DNA from: Vitrella brassicaformis CCMP3155
Taxonomy: Eukaryota > Protista > Chromerida
Assembly: GCA_001179505.1 (NCBI GenBank)
Contig: CDMY01000429.1
Span: 1-64,000 of the forward strand
Direction: 5' to 3'
DNA: 64,000 bases
This document shows, in pieces, positions 20,954-33,995 of the stretch. The translations under genes were made by a program, and so were the position numbers. How positions within the stretch are numbered: position 1 is the stretch's first letter; each line of letters begins with the position of its first letter. The notes beneath the pieces were generated by a model. The model was not told the origin of the DNA and made no database searches. It saw only the letters and a list, made by a program, of their open reading frames with translations.

Positions 20954-23736
20954 CTATCTGAGATGGTTTTGCAGGCATATGCCCAGCGCACAGAAAGGGC
21001 ATTCATCCGACTTCACCCACCCGTCCCCCTCATCGCGCCTCTCACTGGTCCTCGAAGACGACCCCCTCGCTCTCACACACACACGCCCTCTCTCTCTCTC
21101 TTCCCGACCCCCAGACTGCTCAGACGGATATGTGAGGGACCGCTCGCGAGACAACTGCAGCGGGGAAGGGGCCCTGGCCTGACGCGCCGACGCTCTGCGG
21201 GCTGAGCGCTGTTGCGCTGTCGCGGTGGAGGTGCTGGTTCGGTATCCCTCGTGCAGCGACCCCTCCGACGAGGCGCTCGCCGATGTCTCGGATGACGCGT
21301 CACTGAGGTTTGTCGCTCGTGGCTGTTGGCGTGGCTGCTCCCTGGTCTTGCTTGTGCGAGAGGGCGAGGTGGGCCGGTGGGTTGGCGAGGGCGGGCCACC
21401 TGCGGTGCTGGGTGATGCTTGTGCGGTCAAGAGTGTGGTGCGATTGAGGTTGTCGCTGCCAACGAACTCGAAGGGCACGTCCATAACGTCAAACCATCCC
21501 TGCATGAGGGGCGTCACGAAAGTCGTCTGCAGCCGCCGGAACGCCCCCATGCCCCGCTGCCATATCGACGACTGCTCCTCCCGCCCGGCAGACAATGACG
21601 AGGCGTCGCTGGCAGCCGACTGGCTTGCCGGCACGTGCAACTGCTGCTGGTGGTGGTGCTGGTCTTGGCGGTCTTTTGTTGATGGCCTGGCCTCCTGGAT
21701 GCGTGTGGTGGGTGAAGAATGGTGGAGGGACGGCCGCTGCGGCTCCTGAGATTGGACGGGCCGGGGCTGCCTTGCCGGTGTCCCCTTCTTTCGTCTGGCC
21801 CTGGGTGGGCTGGCAGGTGTGTGGGAGGGTGGCGTGTCGAGGGCTGACACAGGCAGGTGGATGTGGTGGACGAGAGACCGCCGCTGCATGTCCTGATGTC
21901 ATGATGCCCACATCACAGACACACAAGACAGTAAGGCATCTGCTGGTCAAGTGCTGATTGACTCACCCTGACAGTGCGTATTCGGTATGAGGTGAGCCAG
22001 AACATGCCGATGACCGTAAAGCTGCCGCCCACGAACAGCAGGGCGTTCAGACCCGCCAGGAACCGCAGAAACGAGTGACGCCGGATCAGCAAGTGCAGCT
22101 CGTGCAACACCTCAAACCAGTCGATGACGGTCGTCTGGTTGGGCTGGTGCAGAGAGCCGTCAACCACCGTCGCCAGCCCTCCCCTCTCACGCCTGCCGCT
22201 GGTCGTCAGCCCAAGTAACGGCCGATGCTGGTGAATGGCAGCCGAGCCTCGCAGCACACGAGTGGGCCCACTGCTGCCCGATTCCTCCCAGCAGCTGCCC
22301 ATCTCGGTTGGGCTGGTGGGTGGTGTCGACGGGGGCATGGCGGCCGATAGACGGACACCGACACCGACATCGGCGTTGGCGGCCTTCATGGATGGAATGT
22401 GCACGAAGGAGAGGAGAAAGAACGCAGTGCTGCAGAGGAAGAGGATGTACAGGGCGATGTAGAGGTTCCATGTCCACGCGCTCCACCACCGCACGGCCAG
22501 ACGAAAACGCGGCGAGAAAAACACCCACCACTGAACACACACGCACACACGCACACACGGGCGCAGGACTCAAATCTGTATGAGTGCAATCAATGCGATG
22601 AACGACTCTCCTGATTTGTGGATAGCTGACCAGGACGCTAATGACGGCACAGAAGCCGAGTATGGGCACCTCCGGCATCTTCCACCTGCCCTCGTGCCGT
22701 CCATCCGCCCCCAGGTTCTCCACCATGGCCACGAGCATAGTGAAAAGGGCAAAGAGGGGCAGCCAGATGAGCATCAGCCGCAGCAGCAGCCAGTGCCGGT
22801 CCCGCCACGTCTCCTTGCACAGCTCATAGGGGCAGGTGGGAAACCGGTCCGTCACCTGGAACGGCGTCTGGCACGCCTCACACGCGGGCGCGTGACGTTG
22901 GCACCGAGCCCGCACCTCAGAGGTGTGGCACGCCCGCTCGGCGCAGTGTCTGTGGACCATCATGGCGTCGCCGCACCGTGAGCAGGGTGCTATCCATGAG
23001 GGCAGCGACTGGTTGGGGTGCATCGAGCCCGAGAAGGTCAGATGGAGGGACAAAGGCGAGCCGTAGAGGGTGACGTCATGGCAGATGTCGAGCAGCGGGG
23101 GGCTGCACAGCCGGCAGGTCCGCAGCAGCTGCAAAGGCGGCACACAGGTCTGTCCCACTGTGTTGATGTAGCTGACAGACAGACAGGCAGACAGACAGAC
23201 AGGCAGACAGGCAAGCAGCAAGAGAAGAGATGCATGCAGCGCGACACGCATGCGTCCCTTGGCCATTCCCTCCCTCCCTCCCTCCCTCCCTCACCTGGCC
23301 ATCTTCCACGGCCTATCGGCCTTAGGCACGCACAGTGCGGCCGAGGATCCCTTCCTCCCGCCCTTGCGAGACCTCAAGAACCGCGCCACTGACAGGGCCG
23401 TGGGCTTGACCCTTTCGGCCACTTCGGTGCCGTCCATCAGGCCACACCGCGCTGCCCACTTGTGGGCAAAGAAGGCCTTCCAGAACGCGTCGGTGTCATG
23501 CTGCTTGAGCCCTGATGGATGGAATTACACAACACAAACACCCACACACGAGAATCCATCATCAAATGCACATCAGCTGTCAGTGAGCAGTCGTGTTGCG
23601 TCCGTCAGTCATGTGTCGTGTCACCTTTGGACAGTCGCAGCAGGATGAGCATGTCCCTGAAGCGCAGGAAGGAGCCCAGCAAGGTGAGGAGGTCGATGCT
23701 CTCGAAGAACTTGAGGTGGTGGTTCTCTTGCATCAT
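20954..23736 (-). CDS. F-box-like + RING-CH (RINGv/MARCH-type) multi-pass membrane protein
   Basis: Exons 23736-23625 and 23511-23295 encode SIDLLTLLGSFLRFRDMLILLRLSKGLKQHDTDAFWKAFFAHKW (F-box-like) and splice in phase to the exon starting at 23171. That exon carries CRLC..PCSRC..VHRHC..CEAC (C4HC3). About four hydrophobic segments and a low-complexity tail follow. Confidence 0.75.
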
Positions 23737-23987
23737 CTTCTACCGCAGACAGACTGATGAGGGAGGCAACCCACTACTGCATCCGTCAAGGCAGCTAGGG
23801 CCATCAGACATCGCGAGGCCTCCCTGATCTCCACAGCAGCAGCGGTTTCAGGTAGCACCCTAGGCGGCGATGGCGACATGCAAGCTCACAAATAAGGAAG
23901 GGAGGGGCACCGCCCAAAGCACCTCCATATCTTTTGCTTCACTCGTCTTATCTGTATCGCCTCAATTTTTCGCTTCTCGCTGTGATC

Positions 23988-25874
23988 ATGGACCGTCTGA
24001 GCGTGATAAGCGGCCACCTGTCTTCCTCGGCGCAGCCAGCTCCCGCCACGAGCACCACGCCCTCATCTCCCACACGCAGTGGTCGCAAGAGCGCCCTGGT
24101 GGACCCCCTGCAGTTCATGCAGCTCGACGCCATGCTTAGCGCCGGGGAGCGGTCTTTGCGGCAGAGGGCCAGGCGTGTGCTGGAGGAGGGGCGGGACGAC
24201 AAGCTGCTCAACGAGCTCTATGAGAGGGCGGAGTTCTCGCCCGCCCTCGTGGACCTCGCCAAACAACTGGGACCCGCCGGACTGCAGATCAAGGGCAACG
24301 GTGAGGGGGGCAAGGAGGGAATAAGGCGTGTCAGTCTGTACGCCCATTCTGTCTTTCTGTCTGCCTGCCTCCCTGTCTGTCTGTGTTGATTGAGTCAGGT
24401 TGCCCTGGTCTGACTCAGAGTGAGACGCTGGTGCTGGCCATAGAACTGGGCCGCCTCGACGCGTCGTTCGCCACCTTCTACCTGGTGCACAGCGGACTCG
24501 CAATGGCCTCCATCAATGTCGCAGGCACGCCCGAGCAGAAGGCCAGGTGGCTGCCACGCATGGCCAGGTACGAGCTCATCGGCGCCTTCGGCCTCACCGA
24601 GCCTGACTACGGCAGCAACGCCACTGGCCTGCAGACAACTGGTGAGCACACACGCCCGTCACTGTGGACTATTCCACGTTCCTGAGTCACTGTGGGCTTG
24701 TTGTCACTCAACTCACTGTCGTGCAGCTCGGAAAGTGCCCGGCGGCTGGGTGCTGAACGGGCACAAGCGTTGGATCGGCAATGCGACCTTCTGCGACATC
24801 ATCGTGGTGTGGGCGCGCGACACGGCGAGCAACGCCATCAAGGGCTTCGTGGTGGAGAAGGGCATGAAGGGCTTCAAGCCACACAAGATCGACAACAAGA
24901 TGTCGCTGCGGATCGTCCAGAACGCCGACTTCGTTCTGGACGAGTGCTTCGTCCCAGAGGACAACCACCTCTCGGCCGCCAAAAAGTTCTCAGGTGCGTC
25001 AGTCAGTCAGTCACCTCAGCCTGCGCGGGCCTCACGAGTGTGATCGATCTGCAAAGGAGACGTGTGCTGCTTGCCTTGCGTGTGCGGCAGATGGTACTCA
25101 GATGGTGTTGGAGTCGTCGCGGGCTGTAGTGGCGGCGAGCGCGGCGGGCTGCCTCCTCGGTGAGTGAGCCCTTCGGTCGGTCGATCGGCCGATGGCGACC
25201 ACGACAAGAGAGAGATAGAGCACTTTGGTGCCGGCGCATGTGTATGTCGGCTGTGCGCTCTGCGTGTGTGCAGGTGCGTATGAGCGAGCGCTGCAGTACT
25301 GCATGGACCGCACCCAGTTCAACAAGCCCCTGGCGTCCTTCCAACTCGTCCAGGAGAGACTCATGCGCGCACTCGGACACCTACAGGCAAGCAATCAATC
25401 AATGGGTGGACAGACGAACGGACACAGGACAGAAACCTCTCATTCGCTCTCGCTCTCTCTGTGTGTGGTGCGTGCAGGCCTCCATTCTGACGGTGATTCG
25501 CCTCGGTCGCATGATGGACGAGGTCAGCCAGCACAGCACAGCACCCACACAACCACACCAACACAACAAAGTCATCCACAGACAGACAGACAGACAGATC
25601 GACCGACCGACCAAATGAATGCCATTTGTGTGTGTGTGTGCAGGGCCAGGCTACGATGGCCCAGATAGCGTTGGCCAAGGCCTGGGTGACCCGCACCGCC
25701 CGCGAGGCCGTGGCGCTGTGCCGGGAGGTCGTGGGGGGCAACGGCATCATATCCGACTTCGGCACCATCAAGCCCCTCATGGACCTGGAGGCCATCTACA
25801 CCTACGAGGGCACGTACGACGTCAACATGCTCATCGCCGGCAGACTCGTCACGGGGCTATCAGCCTTCGTCTAG
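23988..25874 (+). CDS. Acyl-CoA dehydrogenase family protein (glutaryl-CoA dehydrogenase / plant ACX4-like) with PTS2
   Basis: Motifs [38 protein letters not shown]. The N-terminal RLSVISGHL matches the PTS2 consensus R-L-x5-H-L. Confidence 0.92.
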
Positions 25875-26631
25875 CTCTTGTGCAGGTCTGCCCATCCATC
25901 CATCCATCCAGGAATTTTATCCTTGGTGTAGTCGACGCAGGCCGCCGGCAGCTCTGTGAGCGAGTCGGCGGCCATGCGTGCGTGTGGCCTTTTTCTCGGT
26001 TATCTGTTGTTAGTGTAATAATGTTGTGTCTGTCTGTTCGAATGTGTCTGTGTCTGTGTCGGTCGCCGGCCGCTTTGTGGCCAAGCTACTTTTCCCGGAA
26101 GGCGTCACGAGGCTGCGTGGGTTTGTGTGTGTCTTTCTCTCTCACAATGACTGCGTTGTATGTATGTCAACTGACATGCGTGGGTGTGGTGTGTGGTGTG
26201 CGCGAGCAGGGGGCGTGGAGAGACATGCCATCCCCCGGTCGCATACGCCTCAGTCTCGTCAGTAGAGAGAAGTATTGAGACCACCGGCATTCGTGCAGCG
26301 GGCTGGTGGCAATATCTGATTCTGATGTCGTTCATGGCGCACGCGACTTCGTAATCAACCGAAATTCCATCAGATCCCCCTCCCCAAGTTTCCGTGTGCG
26401 TGCGTGAGTGGGAGGGGCGCTGACCTCCACCGCGAAAGCGGTGGGGATGGGCATCAGCAGCGAGAGGAAGCGCCATTCCGCTCCACATGCGGGCGTTTTT
26501 TGCTTTGTTTTTGGCACTCCGGAAAGCCCCATCTACCGAATTTATTTTGCTTCGTAGGCGTCTCGCAATCCCCCCTAGCCCATTTTTACAATTTACCATC
26601 CGCAGGGAAGGTTTTGTTCCCTACGACTAAC

Positions 26632-29470
26632 ATGGGTTCACCAGGAGGTGAGGATGCGTTGATAGACTGGCCGTCCGTCCTACAACAATACGCGGTAAGC
26701 GCACAACAATACATATGTGCCACCGATATGGCTCCCGGATTTGATGCATTCCACCCTTGCGCCAGGACGAGAATGGCTGGATAACTCTGGAGGGCCTCCA
26801 GCGTGCAGGCGTTGCCCACTCCCTGCCGCTGGACAAACTCAAACAGGCTCTCGGTGAGCAATACATACGCAGGACAGAAGGAAGAAGGCGAATCCACCCA
26901 TCCATCCGCCCTTTGGTCGTTGCTGCCCACACAGGTCTGCCCCCCTGGTCCGTCAACTCCATGGCACAGGTGAGCCGACGCCGACACACACAGGGAAGAC
27001 GGAAGGACCGTCACGCATCTCTGTTGACGGATGGATGGATATGGATGCAGTGATGGTCACGATGTATCTCTTTTTCAGGCGGGTGCGGTTCATCTGCCGT
27101 CGCCCCGCGAGCGCCCCCCTTCGTCCCCCGACAGCTCCAACTCACCCCCTACCGCACGCACCACACTCAGAGCCGTATCGTCACCCTCACGCAGATCGCC
27201 ACCTCGCAGGGGCACACCCAATCGAGGACTCACCACTGGTATGTATGTCTGGTACAACAGCACATGCGCACCGACAGGCATGGCATGTGATGTTGTCATG
27301 CTCCCGCTTCTGGATGGCCATTGTTAATTGTCAGATTTCGATGATTTGGTTCGAGCGTTGAGCAGTGCGGCAGCGGCGCCTGCAGTTGTCGTGCCGTTTG
27401 GTGGTGCCCGTACCAGTGGTGGTGACGGTGGAGCATACGAGTCGGACGGCGTGCTGGGTGTGTCAACTTCGTCTCGCGAGTCGATGGGAATCGCAGAGGG
27501 GGACAGCAGCAGCGGTAGCGACCTCACACACACGAGTGCCAGCGCCAATGCAGCAGAATATGGTCGGTACCACAGTCGCCCGCCTGTTGGTGTGGGTGGA
27601 TATGCTGTCACCTCACTGCAGCACGGTACTGTGCGTTGTGTTGTCTGTCTGTAGCAGGTATGGTGGCATCGAGTTCCGCGGAGACCAACCTGCAGATCAT
27701 GTTGGAGCATCTCGACACAATATGCCAACGGGAGGAGAACCGCGCCGTCAACTTCGGCAAGCAGCACGATAGATACAATGGACGAAAAGCCCCGCATGGC
27801 ATGGATCCTCTCTCTGTGTATCTTGGTGTGCAGTGCAAACGGCGATTGGCGAGGTGCAGGACTACGTTTACAAGGGGGATGGTGAGCCGATGGTGCCCAA
27901 CCGGGCCGGGCACGAGATCGAAGGTGGGTGGGCACGTGCTGACATACAACGGATGGATGACATGGGTGTGTGTGCATATATGTGACGTTGAAGGGATGGT
28001 GCGTTGCATGGTGTCGTCGATCAAGTCCGCCTGCAGTGTCATCCGGAACAAGGTCACCATGCAGCAACGCCTCCACGTAGGCGACGACAGCAGCCTCTCC
28101 ACAAACACGCTCCGCCTCCCACCCAACGTCCCTATGTGTCTTGTGTGTTCAGGATGAGTTGGCTGCCATGCGCCGTCGGGAAGAGACGAAAGACCGGGAA
28201 ATCGCCTCACTCAAGGACGTAAGGCGACCGCAATCCCATCGCACCCGCGCCCGCACCCATGTACATATATTTGTGTGTGGGGGGTCCAGCGTGTGTCTCG
28301 GACGTCCAGAGAGTTGGAGGATTTGTATTCGGAGGAGTTCACAGGTCGCGAGGCGTGTGAGCGGCAGGCGGCCAGAATCAAGCATTCTGAACAGGAAATC
28401 GCACATGTAATTGCGTACCACATCTTTGCGAATGTTGTTCGCTTCGCATCTATTCGTGTGTGTTGATGTCTGTGTGCAGTTGAAGGGGGAGGTGCAGCGC
28501 AGTCTCGAGGCCGCCGCGGAGAGCGATGAGGCCATTGCACAGCTCCGACGGTCAGCAAACACACCCAGCCCGCCCAACACGCAGTCGCCTTTCTCATGAT
28601 GTGGTACATGTGCCTTTGTGTGTCTGTGTCAGGACTCTGCGTGAGAAGGATGAGTCGATCGTGCAGCTCAAGGCGCAGCTACGTGTGTGCCAGCGGTCTC
28701 AAGACGACAATTGCAACGACTCCCAGCATGTATGCCCGTCCGCCCCACTCAGCGCCCGCATCCACCCACTTGGCCATGCGTCATCCCGTCCTCATCCCAC
28801 CGTCCCGCCCCTTGCACTGCCCGTCACACCTGATCCAGCAGCCAACGACAGAGAGATCAGGGCCCCATCGTCCCCCTCCCCGCCCAGCAGCACCAACTCC
28901 ATCCCGTGGCATGTGGGGGTGAGACCGTTGGCCGAGTTCATCCGCAAGATGAGACAGGTCCTCATGCATGAGGCATTCTACATCGTACTCACTTACACGC
29001 TGGCCACCCGCACCACCCGCACCACCACCACCACCACCAGTCAGCAGCAACTGCAGCAGCCGGCCCATCGCAGCGTCACGCGGCGGCCTTCGGTTGGCCG
29101 TCCGCCACTGCCGCCCAGCCACAGGAATGGGGGGATCAAACAGGGTGGTGGCGGGGAGGGGCGTGTGCAGGGACATGGAGAGGGTCAGGCGGCGCTGCTG
29201 GCGGCCTGGCTGGACTTCACCCTCCTGCAGATGAGGGGCATGGTGAATGAGAGACAGGCGGAGTGGGAGAGGACAGAGAGGGAGAGGGCGGAGAGGGAGA
29301 GACACCTGCAACAGCAACAGCAGCAGCAACAGCAGCAGCAGCAGCAGCCCGTGAGCATCAGGATGGCGCCAATGGTCACTGCCGAGCAGCAGCCTGACGC
29401 CGACGAGACACCAAACTGCTCCTCTGAGACATTTAAACGCACACGTGAGTGGGCCAGTGAGCACAAGTGA
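26632..29470 (+). CDS. Hypothetical coiled-coil protein with Ser/Pro-rich and poly-Gln regions
   Basis: Exon chain from MGSPGGEDAL through DELAAMRRREETKDREIASLKD, LKGEVQRSLEAAAESDEAIAQL and TLREKDESIVQLKAQL to a poly-Q tract at about 29308-29348 and a stop at 29470. Confidence 0.6.
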
Positions 29471-30095
29471 CTGACCGGTTTGTGTGCGTCGGTGGGTATG
29501 ACTTGTGTGTGTGTGCAGGGGGCATTTTGCTGACCATCATCCAGTGGCTGCTGGCGGCAGTGATATTGTCTGCCGTCGCTGCGCTGGTGCTGTGAGCCAC
29601 CCGACGACCCGCATTCCTTCAGACAACAGACAGACAGACAGACAGACGTGTGTTTGTGTGTGTGTGTGTGCGCGCGAATGACTGAGCGGACGCCATGATG
29701 GACCGACCGACTGCTTTCAACCGCCTCACATAATTCGTGTGTATGGCGGTGAAAATGGATTTCAGTGCGATGTGTGCAGCCGGCCGGCCATTGAACGGTG
29801 AGGAAGATCGAGGGCCCATACACTCACTCGTACACCCACACAGGTTTTCGCTTACCCACGCCTACATGAGTTCCTTAGACATCAATCGAAGGGCTCCGTT
29901 TGCGCACCGCAATCAGACAGACACACAGACAGACAGACAGAGGGCACACCGAATGAACCAAATTCTTCTCCAGAGGCACAGCTCACATCACATGCACTCA
30001 TCCATCCCTTCCTTCCTCCCTCGCATGTGCGAGACCGATAAGCCAATCACATCCATCCATCCATCCATCCATCCACAGGTGCATCCCATTCCCCC

Positions 30096-32307
30096 TCACG
30101 AAGTTGCTTCCCTGAGGAGCCGCTTCTTCTCAACTCGGTACCTCACGGCCAGCCTCTCACGTTGACTCGCCCTCGGCTCACTGCGGGTCGATATCGCCCG
30201 GATGTTTTGACTCCCTGACGCACCGGCATCGAGCTCCGTCAGGTCTTGCTCGAGTGTGGTGGGCAGCTTGGACAGCTCCGTGGCCGCTGCAGCCCGCAGC
30301 ACCACCGATGCTCTCCGCTCGTTGGACTCAGACACCTCCTCACCGAACCTCTGGATGAAAGAAAGCCATTGAAACAGACGCACACACACAGGGAGAGAGA
30401 GAGGGTGGCTGCCTCCTTGTTTGTTTGCGTGCCTGAAGCGGCAGGTTTGTTTCTTGGTCTCCGTGTGCGACGAGGAAGCGAATGAGCTGCTGCGACCCGC
30501 TGTCGAAACACGCCCTCCCACCCACACGCCTCTCTATCACCAACTGCACACACAACAATCCATCCCACGATGGATATGGATGAATGGATATTTGTCCCTC
30601 TCCTGCTGACCGTCCTGAGCATGTCGACGTATCCCTGCTGCTGCAGCTGCTGCAGCCGCTTCAGCAGCCTCTCCGCCAGCCGCTCGGACCCGTCGTCCTT
30701 AGTGGCGAAGAACTCATCATCGCCATTGTTTGCGGCCATGGCTCTCAGTTGGCTGATGCACTGGGGGTCTCGGAGGGTTTTGATGATGTCGATGACGTAG
30801 GTGTCGTGCGGATTGCCCTCCTCAATGAAGCCGTATTGCTGCAGCAGCTGGTCGTTGCTCCGCGCACCGTAGCTACATGCACCCACACACACAAAAAGAC
30901 CCGTAGAGTAGAGTGAGTGATTTTTGTGGCTGATTGATTCACTTCACTGTCACTGACTTGAGGCAGATCTGTTCGTTGGGAGACTTGCCTTCGGCGGCGG
31001 GCACTTCGAATTGACCCATCAGACCATTGAATTCGACAGTTGTCTGCGGGCAGCCGGACACGCGATATCACCCACTGCTGAGGACGGCCCTTTGCCTGTC
31101 TGTCTGTCTGTCTGTCTGCCAGCAGCGTGTCAGTCAGTATAGGCAGACGTCGGCTTGCCTCTGTGTGTGAGGAGTGGTTCAAGAGATCGATGCCTGGGAT
31201 GAGGAAGCGACTCCCGCCCTGACGCTGGAACACTCGCCAAGCATTCCAAGCCTGCAAACACACACACAGACGGAGCGTGATTACGCCAAGGCACACACAG
31301 TATGGTGGGCCCCCCTGGCCTACAAAGATTGAGAAGAAGATTGCGGCGAGTGTGTTGAGGCCAACCGAGAGCCACTCAGGTGTATCCAACACAGAAGACA
31401 GCAGCTTCTCGGCCACCGAGAAGCCGACCACCGATGGCAGAAAGCGAAAGTCGTAGAGGGCCTCTGAAGTGGCGATACTACGCGACCGCACCACGTCCAG
31501 AGCCCAGAAGAAGTCATCCTCTGAGATGTCGACAGTCTCTCTGCCCGCCGCTCTCGCCTCCAGCATGGCAGCCCTCAGCTTCCGATACCCATCTCTCCAC
31601 TTCTGCTGCTGTGCGCGGAGCCGCTGCTGAATGTAGGGGCACTGCAAAGCGGCGATCTCGCTCTCCTGCCAGAAGAAGGGCACGGTGGTCTGGCCGCTCT
31701 TGGGCAGCAGGCTGATCCAGCTGCTGAAGTCCGACGCCTCTCCCTGCCTCTTCTCATAGAGGAGCGTCAGAGCCATCCGCACGTCCCACGGTGCCTCGCC
31801 ACAGTAGCCGTCAGACAGGAAGGGGAACGGATTGGCGTCCGCCCTGGCGCCCTTGCTCGTCGACGAGAGAGCCTCCAGCGTCTGGTACTTGGGCACGCCC
31901 AGCATGATCTCGCCGGCCTTGACCGTATCCGTCGCAATAAGGCCGCGCACCGCACCCTCGGCCATGGCAAACTCGCCCAGCGCCACTGCTGGGTGCCGAA
32001 ACAAGCCCAGATCCGCGGAAAGCTGGTCGAGATCTGGGCTGCTGATTCGCCTTGCAGCAGGTGTGGCTTCGGAATGGGCTGGATGATGAGTCGCCAACGT
32101 CGCGGCCGGCTCCATCTTGGTGTCTGAGGCGGCCATCGGCATCTTGGTGCGTGCTTCATTGCGAGAAGACGATGTGAGTTGCGGCCTTGGCAGAGCGAGA
32201 TCAGCATTCAGGAAGGGATGGTGGTCGTGGCCAATCGATAACGTGCCGCGGACGAGGGCGAGGGACGCCAGAAGGGCAAAGGATATGAGAGTCCTCGTCG
32301 TGATCAT
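30096..32307 (-). CDS. SET-domain lysine methyltransferase (Rubisco-LSMT-like), probably plastid-targeted
   Basis: RGLIAT..AGE..L.VP, ALTLLYEK, W.SLLP, FFWAL.VV.SR, LIPGIDLLNHS, LLQQYGF. N-terminal signal peptide (ITTRTLISFALLASLALVRG) followed by a Ser/Thr/Ala-rich extension. Confidence 0.88.
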
Positions 32308-32467
32308 GAGTAGTTTTCGGCCAGGACGGGTTGGGCTGATGAAGATCCAGTCAGGAACAAGCACTGCGTCGCTTCCCTTGCTTTCTCTCCCCCGATCCCG
32401 TGTGCGAGCCCAGCTTGCAGGCTGACCTGCTGGAGGAAAGATCTTTCTCGGCTGCTGCCAGAGCAAC

Positions 32468-33318
32468 ATGGCGATGCGCATGCCGCATCATCGACGTCGA
32501 ATGCACAGTTGGCAGTTTTCATGCTGCTGCGCAGCTCTGACCCATCTAGCGGCGCTCATCTCCGCAGCAGCAGCTGCTGCTCCGTCGCCACTGCGCCGTG
32601 CTATCACCGTCCCCTCTTTCATCCTGCCATCTCGGCCTTTGTCCGCCTCGTTCAGAAGACGACCATCGTCATTGCCACTGGCTGCGGGCAAGGGCCGTGC
32701 ATCCGTCGGTGGCTACCACTGGGTTGAGGACAACGTCAAGATCGATGTGCACTTTCCCCTCGACGGCCACCCCGCCGTCCAGCCGGCCGATGTGTCGCTC
32801 AAGACGACCACCACGAGTATCAACCTCTCACTCAAGGGACGACCTTTGCTGAGGGGTCCGCTGCGTGGCCGCACCGACCCCGATGAGACCTTGTGGGTGT
32901 TTGATGAGGGTGAGGGGGGAGAGAGGGAGCTGGTGGTGTCTTTGCCCAAGAATGAGGTGCGGGACGCCGAGAACCGCAATGACTGGTTCGGTGTGGTGCG
33001 GGGCGACAGTGCCGTGTCGATAGATTACATGTACTATGACGACGGTGGGCAATACGAGTACCGGCGTGTCAAGGGCGAGGACTTCGCAGCACAACTCGTG
33101 CAGCAGGTCAGTCAGTCAGTCAGTCAGTCAGGGAGAGAGGAGGGGCCACACACAGGTACAGGACAGTTGTGGATGGACTTTCTGAGTGTGTTGCGTATGT
33201 CTGTCTGTCTGTCCCTTTGTCTGTGTGTCAGGTGATGGAGCTGGATGACCGAGAACAGCCGAGTGTGCTCGATGACTTTGACTGCGAGCCGAGAAAGGCC
33301 CTGGGCCTCCCAGACTGA
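32468..33318 (+). CDS. CS (p23/NudC-like) domain protein, probably plastid-targeted
   Basis: YHWVEDNVKIDVHFPL..DVSLKTTTTSINLSLKG.PLL.G.L...DETLWVF..LVVSLPK..W. The leader has a hydrophobic stretch followed by a Ser/Arg-rich transit-like region. A second exon ends GLPD-stop at 33318. Confidence 0.8.
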
Positions 33319-33460
33319 CTGGCGACGAGATGTGTGTGCACATGTTTTGCTGGCCTCTATAAGCCCTCAAATCCCCTTGGAAAAATTCGCAAATACGTTC
33401 ATAACATGACCGCTGGACAGCTGCTCTCAGCTTGTTGCATGCAACATGGGGGGGGGGGGG

Positions 33461-33760
33461 NNNNNNNNNNNNNNNNNNNNNNNNNNNNNNNNNNNNNNNN
33501 NNNNNNNNNNNNNNNNNNNNNNNNNNNNNNNNNNNNNNNNNNNNNNNNNNNNNNNNNNNNNNNNNNNNNNNNNNNNNNNNNNNNNNNNNNNNNNNNNNNN
33601 NNNNNNNNNNNNNNNNNNNNNNNNNNNNNNNNNNNNNNNNNNNNNNNNNNNNNNNNNNNNNNNNNNNNNNNNNNNNNNNNNNNNNNNNNNNNNNNNNNNN
33701 NNNNNNNNNNNNNNNNNNNNNNNNNNNNNNNNNNNNNNNNNNNNNNNNNNNNNNNNNNNN
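33461..33760. other. Assembly gap (300 N)
   Basis: N run flanked by poly-G. Confidence 0.99.
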
Positions 33761-33995
33761 GGGGGGGGGGGGGGCTTCCTCCCCTTCAAGTTCCTTCAAG
33801 TTCGAATTCTTCCCCTTCCACTCTTGTTTGCGCTGAAACATCTTTCCAACGGGGCCGGACGGCCGCCATCCATCGACACAATCCCTGTGTACAATGCTGT
33901 GTTCTTGTCGATGCAGCAGAAGCTGCCCCGATTTTGACCGTAGGCGCAGCAGAATTCGGCAACTAGCTACAAGGTCTTTGTGATGCCACTGCTGG

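Noticed and set aside
26760-26800. EF-hand in the coiled-coil protein (DENGWITLEG)
   Set aside because: After splicing, loop positions 1 and 12 lack the acidic ligands; at best degenerate.
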